Shown in pieces: positions 1-9,366 of a stretch of DNA of 64,000 nucleotides (its first letter is position 1; every line of letters starts with the position of its first letter). The stretch spans positions 22,078 to 86,077 of IMG/VR virus record IMGVR_UViG_3300050821_006235, one strand, 5' to 3'. The position numbers and the translations under genes were made by a program. Source of the stretch: a virus. A model generated the notes under the pieces. It saw only the letters and a list, made by a program, of their open reading frames with translations, was not told where the DNA came from and made no database searches.

Positions 1-9
1 CGCTCGACC

Positions 10-201
10 GTGACTTACGTTACCCACGGCATCCCCGCTGGCAACAGCGCGGTCCCATCACAGTCCGCCAAGACGCTGATGCACTGCGGCAAGCCGCTCC
101 TCGGCGCCGCAACCCGCTGGTGCGGCACATGCGGCCACGTCGTCCTCGCCGCCGACGTCTCCCACGACTTCGTACCCGTCGCCGCTGGCGGTGCCCGGTG
201 A
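10..201 (+). CDS. Small hypothetical protein with CxxC motif
   Basis: GTG start; stop overlaps next start (GTGA). Confidence 0.5.
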   Translation: MTYVTHGIPAGNSAVPSQSAKTLMHCGKPLLGAATRWCGTCGHVVLAADVSHDFVPVAAGGAR

Positions 202-632
202 GCTTCGAGAAGATCACCCTCCACGTCGCGGTCTGCGACAACTGCGGCCCGGACTGGTGGGACGACGGCCAGACCGAAGCGCCACCCTCCTTCAGCAACC
301 CCTTCGAAGCCCGCGCGACCCTCACCAGCGACTTCGAGTGGCGCATCACCCGGCAGATCGACGGCCGGTTCCGCATGCTGTGCGGCCCCTGCGCCGCCCG
401 TGAGGACTGCGACACCTACGGCCACCTGTGGAAGGCCGCAGACATCGACCCCACCGTCCCAAGCCCGCCGCGCGCCGCCCCGATCGAGATGTGCCGCAGG
501 TGCGGGAAGGTCCGCCGTGAGGACACCCCGCCGATCGACCACCCCGAGTCGATGACGGCCCTCCTCGGCGACGAGCAGGAGAACTGGCTCGCCCTGGTGG
601 ACGAGACCCTCTTTCCCAAGGAGGCGGCATGA
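198..632 (+). CDS. Cys-rich putative Zn-binding hypothetical protein
   Basis: GTGA-coupled start VSFEKI; CDNC, CGPC and CRRC motifs. Confidence 0.7.
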   Translation: MSFEKITLHVAVCDNCGPDWWDDGQTEAPPSFSNPFEARATLTSDFEWRITRQIDGRFRMLCGPCAAREDCDTYGHLWKAADIDPTVPSPPRAAPIEMCRRCGKVRREDTPPIDHPESMTALLGDEQENWLALVDETLFPKEAA

Positions 633-1297
633 CCGCCCGGCAGGGTGGAGTCTGCCTGCACTGCGGCAACACAACCGAACGCCCCATCAGGCGCGGACTC
701 TGCGACAACTGTTACAAACACTCCCGCAAGCCCGAGAACCGGGATGCGTTCGATGCTGCCTACCCGATCATCAAGAAGCCTTCGGCCGCGCCCTCTCGCT
801 TCTTTACAGCCCAAGGACTCGACCTCTCGTCCGCTGATGACAGGTTCAGAAGCCGCTTCTGGGCCAAGACCGATCGGTCGGGCGCGTGCTGGGTCTGGAC
901 CAAGCACTGCACGCCCCAGGGCTACGGACAATTCACAGTGAGCAGGGGCTCCTTCAGAGGCGCCCACTCCGTGAGCTACGCCCTCACTCATGGGATCGTC
1001 CCGGTCGGCATGCACGTCTGCCACACCTGCGACAACCCGCCATGCGTGCGGCCCGATCACCTGTTCCTGGGAACCGCCAAGGACAACTCGGACGACATGT
1101 GGTCTAAGGGGCGTCAGGGAACGCGTCACCCCGGCATTGAGCGAGCCAACGCTCGCCTGACCGACGACGACGTCCGCGCGATCCGGGCCGTGTCGCCCTA
1201 CTTCGGCCGCACAACTGATCTGGCACGCCAGTACGGCGTCTCCGACACCACCATCCGAAAGATCCTCAGGCGCGAGAAGTGGAGGCACGTCGCATGA
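629..1297 (+). CDS. HNH homing endonuclease with C-terminal HTH
   Basis: CWVWT..GYGQF..AHSVSY..VCHTCDNPPCVRPDHLFLGTAKDN motif. Confidence 0.9.
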   Translation: MTARQGGVCLHCGNTTERPIRRGLCDNCYKHSRKPENRDAFDAAYPIIKKPSAAPSRFFTAQGLDLSSADDRFRSRFWAKTDRSGACWVWTKHCTPQGYGQFTVSRGSFRGAHSVSYALTHGIVPVGMHVCHTCDNPPCVRPDHLFLGTAKDNSDDMWSKGRQGTRHPGIERANARLTDDDVRAIRAVSPYFGRTTDLARQYGVSDTTIRKILRREKWRHVA

Positions 1298-1551
1298 GCG
1301 AGCACTGGTCTGAACGGGCCCTTTGCGCCGAGGTTGGCGGTGACCTCTTCTTCCCGGAGAAGGGCGGCTCGACGTTCGAGGCGAAGAAGGTCTGCAAGGC
1401 GTGCGACGTCCGCGAGGAATGCCTTCAGGACGCGCTCGCCCGCGACGACCGCTACGGGATTTACGGCGGCCTTTCCGAGCGGCAGCGGCGGAGGCTCACC
1501 CGTGGGCGGGTGGCCGCAGCCACGAAGACCGGACTGGCGGAGGCGTCATGA
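1294..1551 (+). CDS. whiB: WhiB-family Fe-S transcription factor
   Basis: C..DLFFPEKG..AKKVCKACDVREECL..GIYGGLSERQRR; ATGA overlap. Confidence 0.93.
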   Translation: MSEHWSERALCAEVGGDLFFPEKGGSTFEAKKVCKACDVREECLQDALARDDRYGIYGGLSERQRRRLTRGRVAAATKTGLAEAS

Positions 1552-2774
1552 AGTTCATCTGGCGCACGACCCCCGACACCGGCGTCGTCGCCGCGGTGGC
1601 ACGGCAAACCACCGCCGCAGCCGACCTCGCCAGCATCGACGGCCAGGACCGGCTCGCCGACCCGCGAACCAACCCCGCCGTGCGCGGGCACGCCGACCAG
1701 CTCCGCGACACCCAGCACCGGCGCGCCCTGGACGCCGACCACGAACGGTTGCTGCGCCGGCACCGCGTCGCCGACACCCGCGCCCAGCACGCCGAGCGCG
1801 CTCTCCAGGCACTCCAGGCCGCCCGTGAGGCGTCGTCGGCAGCCCGGTCGGTCCTCGCCCTCGATCAGGGCCGCACCCGGTTCATGGGTGTCGCTCTGAC
1901 CGCGTCCCTGGCGCTGTCGGCAGGGTCCGCGATGGGTGTCGCCGCTCTCGCCGAGCGACTCGGTGCGCCCGGCCAGGTCGGGTACATCGCCGAGGTCGGC
2001 CTGACCGGTCTCACCACCACTGTGATCCTGTACCGGTCGCATCTCGCCCAGCACGGCGGACGTCTGACCGGCTGGAAGGCGTGCGTTCTGTGGCTGCTCA
2101 TGGTCGGCCCGCTGGTCTCTTCGATGGTCGCGAACGCGTTCGGGACGGGGCCGGTCGGGGTGGCCTGCTCGGTGGGTGCGGCGGCGTTCTCGCTCCTGTC
2201 GTACGTGATCGCCGACGCGAGCGCGGAAGCGCTCCGGGTTCAGGCGGCGCTGGTGTCGGGAGCGGACGAACTGGAGCTGCGTGAGATCGCGACCGGCGAC
2301 GAGTTGTTCACCGCGCGGGCCGAACTGGGCATCGAACCGAACCTCGTTCAGTCCGGTCTGTCGGACCGGTCCGCCGAGGCGGTCCAGGCCGGTCCGGAAA
2401 TCCAGACCGAGACCGGACTCCCGGACCGGTCTGCGGACCCGGACCGCGAGCCGGTCCCGGACCGGTCCGAGACGGCGGAACCAGGCCGCAATGGGGACCG
2501 GACCGAGACCGGACCGAAGACCCGGACCCAGACCGCCAAGAAGACCGCACCGAAGAAGCAGACCCGGACCGGACCCAAGACCCGGACCGACGTGCTCCTC
2601 GTCAGGGCCCGTGCCCTCGACGAGGCCCACCTCGAAGACACCGGCCGGCACATCTCCGCGGACAACCTGCGGGCCAAGCTCCACATCGGCAAGACGGCCG
2701 CCCTGGAGCTGGTCCGGCAGGTCCGCTTCACGCCGATCGACGACGAAACGACCGCCGAGGAGGCGACCGGATGA
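1548..2774 (+). CDS. Membrane protein resembling actinomycete plasmid spread (Spd) proteins; about 4 TM segments, low-complexity linker, C-terminal HTH-like region
   Basis: Hydrophobic segments, repeat-rich linker, ISADNLRAKLHIGKTAALEL end; lies in operon with TraB. Confidence 0.6.
   Translation: MKFIWRTTPDTGVVAAVARQTTAAADLASIDGQDRLADPRTNPAVRGHADQLRDTQHRRALDADHERLLRRHRVADTRAQHAERALQALQAAREASSAARSVLALDQGRTRFMGVALTASLALSAGSAMGVAALAERLGAPGQVGYIAEVGLTGLTTTVILYRSHLAQHGGRLTGWKACVLWLLMVGPLVSSMVANAFGTGPVGVACSVGAAAFSLLSYVIADASAEALRVQAALVSGADELELREIATGDELFTARAELGIEPNLVQSGLSDRSAEAVQAGPEIQTETGLPDRSADPDREPVPDRSETAEPGRNGDRTETGPKTRTQTAKKTAPKKQTRTGPKTRTDVLLVRARALDEAHLEDTGRHISADNLRAKLHIGKTAALELVRQVRFTPIDDETTAEEATG
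2362..2590 (+). repeat. GGACC-rich repeat tract with four exact GACCCGGA octamers (clt/TRS-like)
   Basis: GACCCGGA at 2436, 2519, 2561 and 2579 plus many GGACCG variants. Confidence 0.6.
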
Positions 2775-3007
2775 CCACCACCGAGACCACCACGTCGGGC
2801 GCGGCCAACACCGCACCCGGCAGCGCGAGGACCGGACGGTCCTGGAAGGTCCCCGCAATGCTCGGCTTCGCCGCCGCATGGTTGCTGGCGTTCGCCGGTC
2901 GCCTGGCCGATGCCCCGCCGATCGTCGGCTGGGTGGTCATCGGCCTGGCCGTGGCTGCGCTGGTCGCGGTCCGGGCGGTTGCCGCACGTCGCAGAGGTGC
3001 GAAGTGA
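2771..3007 (+). CDS. Small 2-TM membrane protein (transfer region)
   Basis: ATGA coupling, two hydrophobic helices. Confidence 0.7.
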   Translation: MTTTETTTSGAANTAPGSARTGRSWKVPAMLGFAAAWLLAFAGRLADAPPIVGWVVIGLAVAALVAVRAVAARRRGAK

Positions 3008-3231
3008 GCGCCGCCGCCGAGCAGCACGCCAAACGGGAGCGCCACACCCTGAGCAGGGCGCGGAAGGCCCGCACGCCGTTGCAGAAGACCGCGCCGTGGT
3101 TCGACGCGTGGCGGCGCCGGGTCTCCGAACTGCCACCGGAGGCGGCGGACGCGGAAGCGGTCGCATTGACCGCGCATCTGAAGGCAGCCATCGAGCGGCT
3201 CAAGCCACAAGACGGGGGTGACGGATCGTGA
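3004..3231 (+). CDS. Hypothetical protein
   Basis: GTGA-coupled at both ends. Confidence 0.65.
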   Translation: MSAAAEQHAKRERHTLSRARKARTPLQKTAPWFDAWRRRVSELPPEAADAEAVALTAHLKAAIERLKPQDGGDGS

Positions 3232-3710
3232 CCGGTACGGCCGAAATGAATGGGCAATCGGGCAAAGGCATCGACCCGGTGCCCTTCGAGGATGCGGCCC
3301 ATCGCGACGCAGGCGCGCGCGCGGGCGACGCGCGCGCACGAGACGAGCAGATCGTAACAGACGGCGACGACGAACCGCCGCCACCCGCCGACCTGTTCGA
3401 CGTCGAAGCGCTCATCAACCTGTGGGCGGACCAGGCCAAAGCCACCTCCGCCCGCATCTGGGCATGGTTCAGCGGCGACCGCGGAGTAGGCCGGGAGCAC
3501 CCCGGCTCGCCCGTGGACCTCTTCACCTACTGGTGGCGTGCACCCATGGCCGGCAGCTCGCAGGCATTGCGGTGGGTGCAGCGCATTGACGCGCTGATGG
3601 TCGCCGCCCCGGGTGTCGCTGGTTTCACCGCGTTCCGCTGGCTGTGGGAGCGCCCCCTACGCCGCTACCTGTTCATCCTGCTCGCGTTCATCACCTGGAG
3701 GTACTCGTGA
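3228..3710 (+). CDS. Membrane protein (transfer region)
   Basis: Coupled ORF with hydrophobic C-terminus. Confidence 0.7.
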   Translation: MTGTAEMNGQSGKGIDPVPFEDAAHRDAGARAGDARARDEQIVTDGDDEPPPPADLFDVEALINLWADQAKATSARIWAWFSGDRGVGREHPGSPVDLFTYWWRAPMAGSSQALRWVQRIDALMVAAPGVAGFTAFRWLWERPLRRYLFILLAFITWRYS

Positions 3711-4168
3711 CCACGTTGGCCGCCCCGTACAGCGTGGGTGTCCCGCAGCATTACACCGCCATCTCGATCTCAGCGGCCGTGGTCGCCCTGGTGCTGGTGC
3801 TGCTGCTCCAGTGGCGTCCGCTGGGCCGGTTGAGCTTCCTCGTCCCGTACCTGTGCATAGTCGCCGGGCTCGGTTTCGCCGCCGCGTTCCTGCGGTCGTG
3901 GGCGCACAGCTTGGCCGGGCTGGGCCGTACGACGATCCCGTACGTCGGTGTGGCGGTGCCGATCGTCGTTGCCGTGGTCCTGCTGTTCATCGTCCTGTAC
4001 GACCTGTGGCCGGGTCATCCGACGAACCGGACGACGGCTCTGGCGGCGACGTTGCTGCCCGCGTTCGGCCCGGAGATCGGCGGGTTCATCGGCTACGCCC
4101 TGGCTACCGCCCTGTCGTGGCTGGCGGTCACCGGGGCTGCCCTCATCGCCACAACGTTCGGAGTCTGA
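3707..4168 (+). CDS. Multi-TM membrane protein (Spd/Tra-like)
   Basis: GTGA start VTTLAAP; about 4 TM helices. Confidence 0.7.
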   Translation: MTTLAAPYSVGVPQHYTAISISAAVVALVLVLLLQWRPLGRLSFLVPYLCIVAGLGFAAAFLRSWAHSLAGLGRTTIPYVGVAVPIVVAVVLLFIVLYDLWPGHPTNRTTALAATLLPAFGPEIGGFIGYALATALSWLAVTGAALIATTFGV

Positions 4169-4170
4169 CC

Positions 4171-5013
4171 ATGGAACTGCTGACCTTGTGCTTCGTCCTG
4201 GCGTGGACGATGCGGCACTGGTGGGACGGCCGCAAGAACGACTACCGGTCCCCGGACGGCGACTACCGGCAGCGGGTGCGGGGTGCTTCCCAGCGGCACG
4301 CCGGGCAGCGGTTCGCCGCCGGTTGGGGCCTGTACCAGCTCCGCCACGGGTGGGGGCCGATGGCCGCCGACGTCCGTGACGGGTGGGACGGCGCCCATGC
4401 GGCGGCCGACCGGTGGCGAGGAGGCGAAGCCGACCGGCCGACCATCCGCGACGCGTGGCGGGGCGGGTGGGGCGGCGCCGCACGGCCTGAACCGGCCATC
4501 CCACAGCGTCCCGGCTCGCCCGGCCCCGCACCCGCACCCGCACCGATTCCCGTGCCGACCGCGCCCAACGTCCCGGTCAACCCGACCAGGACCACACCCG
4601 ACACCACAACCGGAGGAACCATGGCTGAAACCGCGACCGGCGAAGTCAACATCGGCGTCTACCGCCTGCACCTGCGTGTCGTCATCCGTGACGCCACACA
4701 GAGGATGGAAGACGCCGCCCGTCGTATCGCCGATGCCGACGCGGCGATCACCGCGCGGGGCGCCACCCACGACAGCCTGTCGGGCGCCGGGCTCGGCCCG
4801 CAGACCACCGGCGGTATGGCCGCCCTCATGGAGTACGCGCTCGAAGAGAGACGCGAGGCCGGGCAGGCGCAGGCGCGAGCCGAGGCGGAGCGGGCCACCG
4901 CCGAGGCCGAACTCGCCAACCTCGACGCCCAGGGCCACACCACCATCGAGGAAGCCGTCGGCGCGGCGTCCGCACCGGTGGCGACCGACACCACCTTCTA
5001 CCAGCGGGTCTGA
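4171..5013 (+). CDS. Putative transfer accessory protein (Trp-rich N-terminus, Pro linker, helical C-terminus)
   Basis: MELLTLCF start; immediately upstream of TraB; internal RBS and ATG at 4621. Confidence 0.6.
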   Translation: MELLTLCFVLAWTMRHWWDGRKNDYRSPDGDYRQRVRGASQRHAGQRFAAGWGLYQLRHGWGPMAADVRDGWDGAHAAADRWRGGEADRPTIRDAWRGGWGGAARPEPAIPQRPGSPGPAPAPAPIPVPTAPNVPVNPTRTTPDTTTGGTMAETATGEVNIGVYRLHLRVVIRDATQRMEDAARRIADADAAITARGATHDSLSGAGLGPQTTGGMAALMEYALEERREAGQAQARAEAERATAEAELANLDAQGHTTIEEAVGAASAPVATDTTFYQRV

Positions 5014-5020
5014 TCGCAAC

Positions 5021-5053
5021 GGCAGGTGCCCGGAAACGGTCCGGGCACCTGCC
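5021..5053 (+). terminator. Perfect 14-bp hairpin upstream of traB
   Basis: GGCAGGTGCCCGGA-aacgg-TCCGGGCACCTGCC. Confidence 0.6.
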
Positions 5054-5065
5054 CATGGAGGGGAG

Positions 5066-6997
5066 ATGAGCATGCAGCAGGCCGAGCAGGTACGGGCCGA
5101 ACTGCCGCGCACCCTTGCCCCGCCCATCGCGAGGTCGGCGAGGTCATCGAGGACGGCGAAGGCGGCGGGTCGTCACGGGTGGCGGCTCCGTAAGCAGATC
5201 TCCCCGCTCGCCGCCATGGTGGGTGTGTGGGTGGCCGGGTGCGTGCTCCGCTGGACGGGCCTGTCCTGGTGGATGGCACTCGCCGCTGGTGCCGCATGCA
5301 CCGCTCTGGGCGCGGCGGCGTCGGTGTGGCGGCTGAACCGGAAGATCGAGCGCGTCTACGCCGCGGCCGTGCTGATCGCCATCACCCTATGGGCGACCGC
5401 CGCAACCCGGTACGGGATCGGCCGGCCGATGCCCGCACTGCTCGCCGGTGGTGGGGGACTGCTGGCGTTGCCGTGGTGGTGGCATCACCGGCTGCGCGGC
5501 TCCGGCAAACACGACCCGGAGGTGCTGCCCGAGGACGCGGAGGAGGACCCGCGCATCGGCCAGTGGGCTGCCACCGTCGCACGTCCGGGCGGCCCGCTGA
5601 CCGATTCCCGCCTGGTCGAGTGTGAGGACATCCGCGGCGGGTGGGCCGGAACCATCGAGATGCTGCGCGGCAACACCGCCCGCGCCGTGATGGCCACCGC
5701 CGACATCGGCGCCGCGTTGAAGCTCAAGGCGGGGAGCATCGTCATCGAGCCGCCGCCCGAAGGCGAGTTGCACCTGGCGAAGATCCTGGTGCTGCCCGAC
5801 AACCCGCTCGCGAGGCGTGTGGACTGGACCGGCCCCACCATCGACGTTGAGTCCGGGGTGTCGGTGCTCGGCTGGTACGCGGACGGGGAACCGGTCCACT
5901 ACAGGCATTACCGGCCCGGCTCCGGCCCGATCCATGACCTGATTTCCGGGTGCACCGACTCGGGCAAGTCCCGCACCGTTGACCAGCTCCTCGCGGAGGA
6001 ACGCCAGTCCGGTGTGATCGTGTCGCACGTGATCGACCCGCAGGGCGGCCAGTCCCTGCCGGACTGGCAGGACAACGTCGATAGGTACGCCCGCAGCATC
6101 CAGGAGGCGGTCTTTCTGCTGATGCAGGCACGGGACCGCATGTACGCCCGCAACGCCTTCCTGGCGTCCGTGAAGTGGGTCGACGACAAGGGTCGCGGCC
6201 GGGTCGGCATCGGCCAGTTCACACCGTGCGACCCGCGCCACGGCCTGCCGATGCTGTCCATCACCATCGACGAAGCGCAGACCGTCCTCGCCGACGTGGC
6301 GTGCAAGGTGCTGGTCGAGGAGATGATCGGCATGTCCCGCAAGTGCGGGATCAAGTTCCGGCTCATCACCCAGGTCCCGCTGTTGCCGTCCCTCGGCAAC
6401 TCCATGGTGATCCGGGACGCGGTCGCGGCCGGGAACGTCATCGTGCTCAGAACGGCGAACAGGCTCACCGGGCAGGTCGCCCTGAACGGGACGCTCCCGG
6501 TGGACCCGTGCAGCCTGCCGAAGCAGTGGCCCGACGGATCCACCACCTCCGGGCTCGGATTCGTGTCCGCGCCGGGCGCCGACCGTGCGGCGACGATGCG
6601 CGTCGGGTACGTCGAGGACGTCTTCCACTGGGCGACCACCGGCGACCCGGCCGTCTTGGAGCCGTACACCGGGCCGCCAGCCCAGGGCGGCGACGGAGCG
6701 TCCCAGGAGACGCCACAGCCCACCGCCGTCCCCGACGACCCCGACCAGCAGCGGATCGGCGAAGACACCGTCCTGGCCTACCTCGCCGCGCACGCCGGCC
6801 AGGACATCGCCCGCGGCGAGATGTTCAACACCATTCAGGAGACCGTCGCGCCCGTACCCGCGTTGCGGACCCTGACCAAGGCCCTCACCGACCTCTCCGC
6901 ACCCGACGTCCGGCTGATCGAGCGGACCGGGCGCGGCATGTACAGGATCACCGACGCCGGCAGAGCAGAGCTGGAACGGCGCGGCGTCGCAGCCTGA
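5066..6997 (+). CDS. traB: FtsK/SpoIIIE-like conjugative DNA translocase (TraB type)
   Basis: N-terminal TM helices, Walker A GCTDSGKS, Walker B ITIDEAQ, C-terminal winged helix (IERTGRGMYRIT). Confidence 0.85.
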   Translation: MSMQQAEQVRAELPRTLAPPIARSARSSRTAKAAGRHGWRLRKQISPLAAMVGVWVAGCVLRWTGLSWWMALAAGAACTALGAAASVWRLNRKIERVYAAAVLIAITLWATAATRYGIGRPMPALLAGGGGLLALPWWWHHRLRGSGKHDPEVLPEDAEEDPRIGQWAATVARPGGPLTDSRLVECEDIRGGWAGTIEMLRGNTARAVMATADIGAALKLKAGSIVIEPPPEGELHLAKILVLPDNPLARRVDWTGPTIDVESGVSVLGWYADGEPVHYRHYRPGSGPIHDLISGCTDSGKSRTVDQLLAEERQSGVIVSHVIDPQGGQSLPDWQDNVDRYARSIQEAVFLLMQARDRMYARNAFLASVKWVDDKGRGRVGIGQFTPCDPRHGLPMLSITIDEAQTVLADVACKVLVEEMIGMSRKCGIKFRLITQVPLLPSLGNSMVIRDAVAAGNVIVLRTANRLTGQVALNGTLPVDPCSLPKQWPDGSTTSGLGFVSAPGADRAATMRVGYVEDVFHWATTGDPAVLEPYTGPPAQGGDGASQETPQPTAVPDDPDQQRIGEDTVLAYLAAHAGQDIARGEMFNTIQETVAPVPALRTLTKALTDLSAPDVRLIERTGRGMYRITDAGRAELERRGVAA

Positions 6998-7024
6998 CCC
7001 ACCACTACGAAAAGGACGGCCGTC

Positions 7025-7342
7025 ATGAACGAGATCGCCTACTCCACGAGCACCCCCGAGCCCGCACCCGCCGATGACCGGAAAGGCTGGGACGCCATGG
7101 ACCGGATGGCCCTGTGGACCTTCACCGCCGCCGACCAGCAGACGTTCAGCGACGTCGTACGGCGCCTCCCGGCCGGGATCCACTTCCGGGTGATCCGGTT
7201 CGCGTTGCAGGAACTCGTGGACGGCGGGCTCGTGACCCGCATGAGCGAGGTGGGTCCGTGGCAGATCACCGCTGAGGGTGCGTCTCTTCTCGCCGAGCGG
7301 CTGGCCGCCCAGAAGGCCGCCGCGATCCGTCAGGCGGCCTGA
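7025..7342 (+). CDS. Putative winged-helix protein
   Basis: ALQELVDGGLV..WQITAEG pattern; RBS present. Confidence 0.6.
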   Translation: MNEIAYSTSTPEPAPADDRKGWDAMDRMALWTFTAADQQTFSDVVRRLPAGIHFRVIRFALQELVDGGLVTRMSEVGPWQITAEGASLLAERLAAQKAAAIRQAA

Positions 7343-7344
7343 CC

Positions 7345-7644
7345 ATGGCGACCGAGCCCGCCGGATTCCGTCTGATGCACATGGACAAGCCGGCACATAA
7401 CTGGGGTGAACTGCGAGGCGTGTTCCCGACGCTTCAAGAGGCGATGGACGCCGCAGGCCACCCCGACCCGACCCACTGGGTGACGGCCACCGGAGCACCC
7501 GATCGGCTGTTCATCGACTGGATCCACTATGCCGACGACATCGAGGACCTCTACGGCATCATGCCGTGGTCGATCCACGCGCCTGGTGTCGCCGACCACT
7601 ACACAGACCTGCTCACCGCTGACGTCGTCGCCGAAAGGAATTGA
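7345..7644 (+). CDS. Hypothetical protein
   Basis: Tightly packed ORF, high GC3. Confidence 0.65.
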   Translation: MATEPAGFRLMHMDKPAHNWGELRGVFPTLQEAMDAAGHPDPTHWVTATGAPDRLFIDWIHYADDIEDLYGIMPWSIHAPGVADHYTDLLTADVVAERN

Positions 7645-7883
7645 CTATGCCCGACATCCCCGCCCTCGCTCGGTACGTCACGGTCGGCCGGGCGGCTGTA
7701 GAGGTCACAGCCGACGGTCCGGCCGTGACAGGGACGTGCGGCGGCTGTGGTGGCCTCAAGACCGCCCGCCTCCGCAGCGGGCCACCGCCGGGCGCATGGG
7801 ACGGCTTGGTCGCCACTCTCACGCTTTGGGCTCAGGCGCACGCTGAGGCGTGTCGTATCGCGCTTATGCCGGGCGGGGTCTGA
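7641..7883 (+). CDS. Small CxxC...HAxxC Zn-binding protein
   Basis: CGGC and AQAHAEAC motifs. Confidence 0.65.
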   Translation: MTMPDIPALARYVTVGRAAVEVTADGPAVTGTCGGCGGLKTARLRSGPPPGAWDGLVATLTLWAQAHAEACRIALMPGGV

Positions 7884-7890
7884 CGTGGTC

Positions 7891-8163
7891 ATGTTCCGGC
7901 GTCCCCGGCAGGAGTCCACTCTGCCGCCCGAGCCCGACCTGAGCCCGCCCGCCGACACGGTCGTCATGCGGTTCCTCACTCGGGGCGGCGCGACCGTTGT
8001 CGTCGTCGAGCGCGAGAGGCCGAAGTACGGGGAGCGTTTCGGTTGGGTGTGCCTCGGCTGCGAGACGATCGGGCCGTCCGCCGAGGAGGTCGCCGGGTAC
8101 GTCCGCGACCGCGCCAACCGGCATGCGGGCGAGTGCCGCGCAATGCCGCAGCCGGTGGCCTGA
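7891..8163 (+). CDS. Small CxxC...HAxxC protein typical of actinomycete plasmids/AICEs
   Basis: MRFLTRGGATV..WVCLGC..ANRHAGECRAMP. Confidence 0.65.
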   Translation: MFRRPRQESTLPPEPDLSPPADTVVMRFLTRGGATVVVVERERPKYGERFGWVCLGCETIGPSAEEVAGYVRDRANRHAGECRAMPQPVA

Positions 8164-8164
8164 C

Positions 8165-8368
8165 GTGGCGGCCCGCGATGTGGACCGCTACCCGCAGGTG
8201 CTCGACACCAGCACCGATGTGTGGCACCGGCGGCCGGACACCGATGGCGGGGGCGGCCCCAGCTACCCGACGGTGTGCGGCCGGACCGTCACCACACACA
8301 CGGTGGACGAGCCGGAAGGCGTGCCGGAAGGGTGGCAGACCCGCTGCCGGGAAGGGTGCTTCGCTTGA
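8165..8368 (+). CDS. Hypothetical protein
   Basis: Packed ORF, TTGA overlap with next gene. Confidence 0.5.
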   Translation: MAARDVDRYPQVLDTSTDVWHRRPDTDGGGGPSYPTVCGRTVTTHTVDEPEGVPEGWQTRCREGCFA

Positions 8369-8511
8369 CCACCCGGCAAGCCCTGTGGGCTGTCCTGGTC
8401 GCCGTGTTCGGGTACGGCCTGTGGGCTGTGGCCGGATGGCTTCAAGGGCTCACTGTGGCGGCTCTGGTCGCGATACTGGGCTACATGGTGGAGCGGGGGA
8501 GGACCCAGTGA
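8365..8511 (+). CDS. Small membrane protein
   Basis: Two hydrophobic helices, coupled at both ends. Confidence 0.55.
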   Translation: MTTRQALWAVLVAVFGYGLWAVAGWLQGLTVAALVAILGYMVERGRTQ

Positions 8512-8768
8512 ATGACCGGACCAAACGCGCTCTCGCCGACATCGACGACGTGATCACAGACTGGAACGGCAGCAGGGACTCGATGCGGTGGAGTCCGGGG
8601 CCGCCGGAGACTGGCGAGCGTTCCATCCTGAGCCAACGCCCGTCGCTCGTTGGGTCGGACGGGTCGGGCGCGTACACCGTGCGGGCCATGCTGCACACCG
8701 GGAGGGCGGCCACGTTCCGTACCGGCGTTTGGGCCAGCCACCAGGCGAGCGAAGGGACCACGCAGTGA
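8508..8768 (+). CDS. Hypothetical protein
   Basis: GTGA coupling. Confidence 0.55.
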   Translation: MNDRTKRALADIDDVITDWNGSRDSMRWSPGPPETGERSILSQRPSLVGSDGSGAYTVRAMLHTGRAATFRTGVWASHQASEGTTQ

Positions 8769-9124
8769 GTGACCCGAAGGCCCGGCTGGACGAGGATGAG
8801 CGAGTGGCCAGCGAGGCTGTCGCTGGCCCGTGGACGGCCAGCGGCGGCTACATCACCGGTGGCGAGCCACCCAACGACGGTGACTTCGGCGAAGTCCACA
8901 TCCTGCCGTACGCCCCCAACGAGTACGACCCCGACGAGAAGACCGCCGCCCACATCGCCCGCCACGACCCCGCCCGCGTCCTGGCGGATGTCGAGCGCAC
9001 CCGCCGGATCATCGCCGAGTGCGAGTACGTCATCCGAGACAGCGCCAACCGGGACACCGGAGACGGGGTCGGCTTGGCTGAGACCATTTTGGGGATCCTT
9101 GGCGACGAGGTGAGCGGACAGTGA
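8765..9124 (+). CDS. DUF6221-like phage protein
   Basis: ARLDEDE..A..GPW..AHIARHDPARVLADVE motif. Confidence 0.75.
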   Translation: MSDPKARLDEDERVASEAVAGPWTASGGYITGGEPPNDGDFGEVHILPYAPNEYDPDEKTAAHIARHDPARVLADVERTRRIIAECEYVIRDSANRDTGDGVGLAETILGILGDEVSGQ

Positions 9125-9339
9125 CCACCACGCTGACCGAGCCGGACCAGACCCGGCCGGACGCCGACGACGGCGACCTCGTGCACTTCTGGTGCTGCGA
9201 CCAGAACGTTGCGATGTGCGGAGCGGACATCAGCGACGAGCCGCTCGTCCCGGACGCCAGCGCAGAGGAGGTGTGCACGCTGTGCCGGATCGTCGATGAC
9301 AACCGGTGGGCGTGCCCGGTACCGGGATGCTCGCCCTAG
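9121..9339 (+). CDS. Small Cys-rich protein
   Basis: HFWCC..AMCG..CTLC..CP. Confidence 0.65.
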   Translation: MTTTLTEPDQTRPDADDGDLVHFWCCDQNVAMCGADISDEPLVPDASAEEVCTLCRIVDDNRWACPVPGCSP

Positions 9340-9366
9340 CTCCTCATAAGCCTCATTCTGTGGAGT
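9339..9366. other. dif-like tyrosine-recombinase core site (11-6-11)
   Basis: GCTCCTCATAA-GCCTCA-TTCTGTGGAGT; arms are 8/11 inverted; lies in AT-rich gap upstream of recombinase. Confidence 0.6.
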
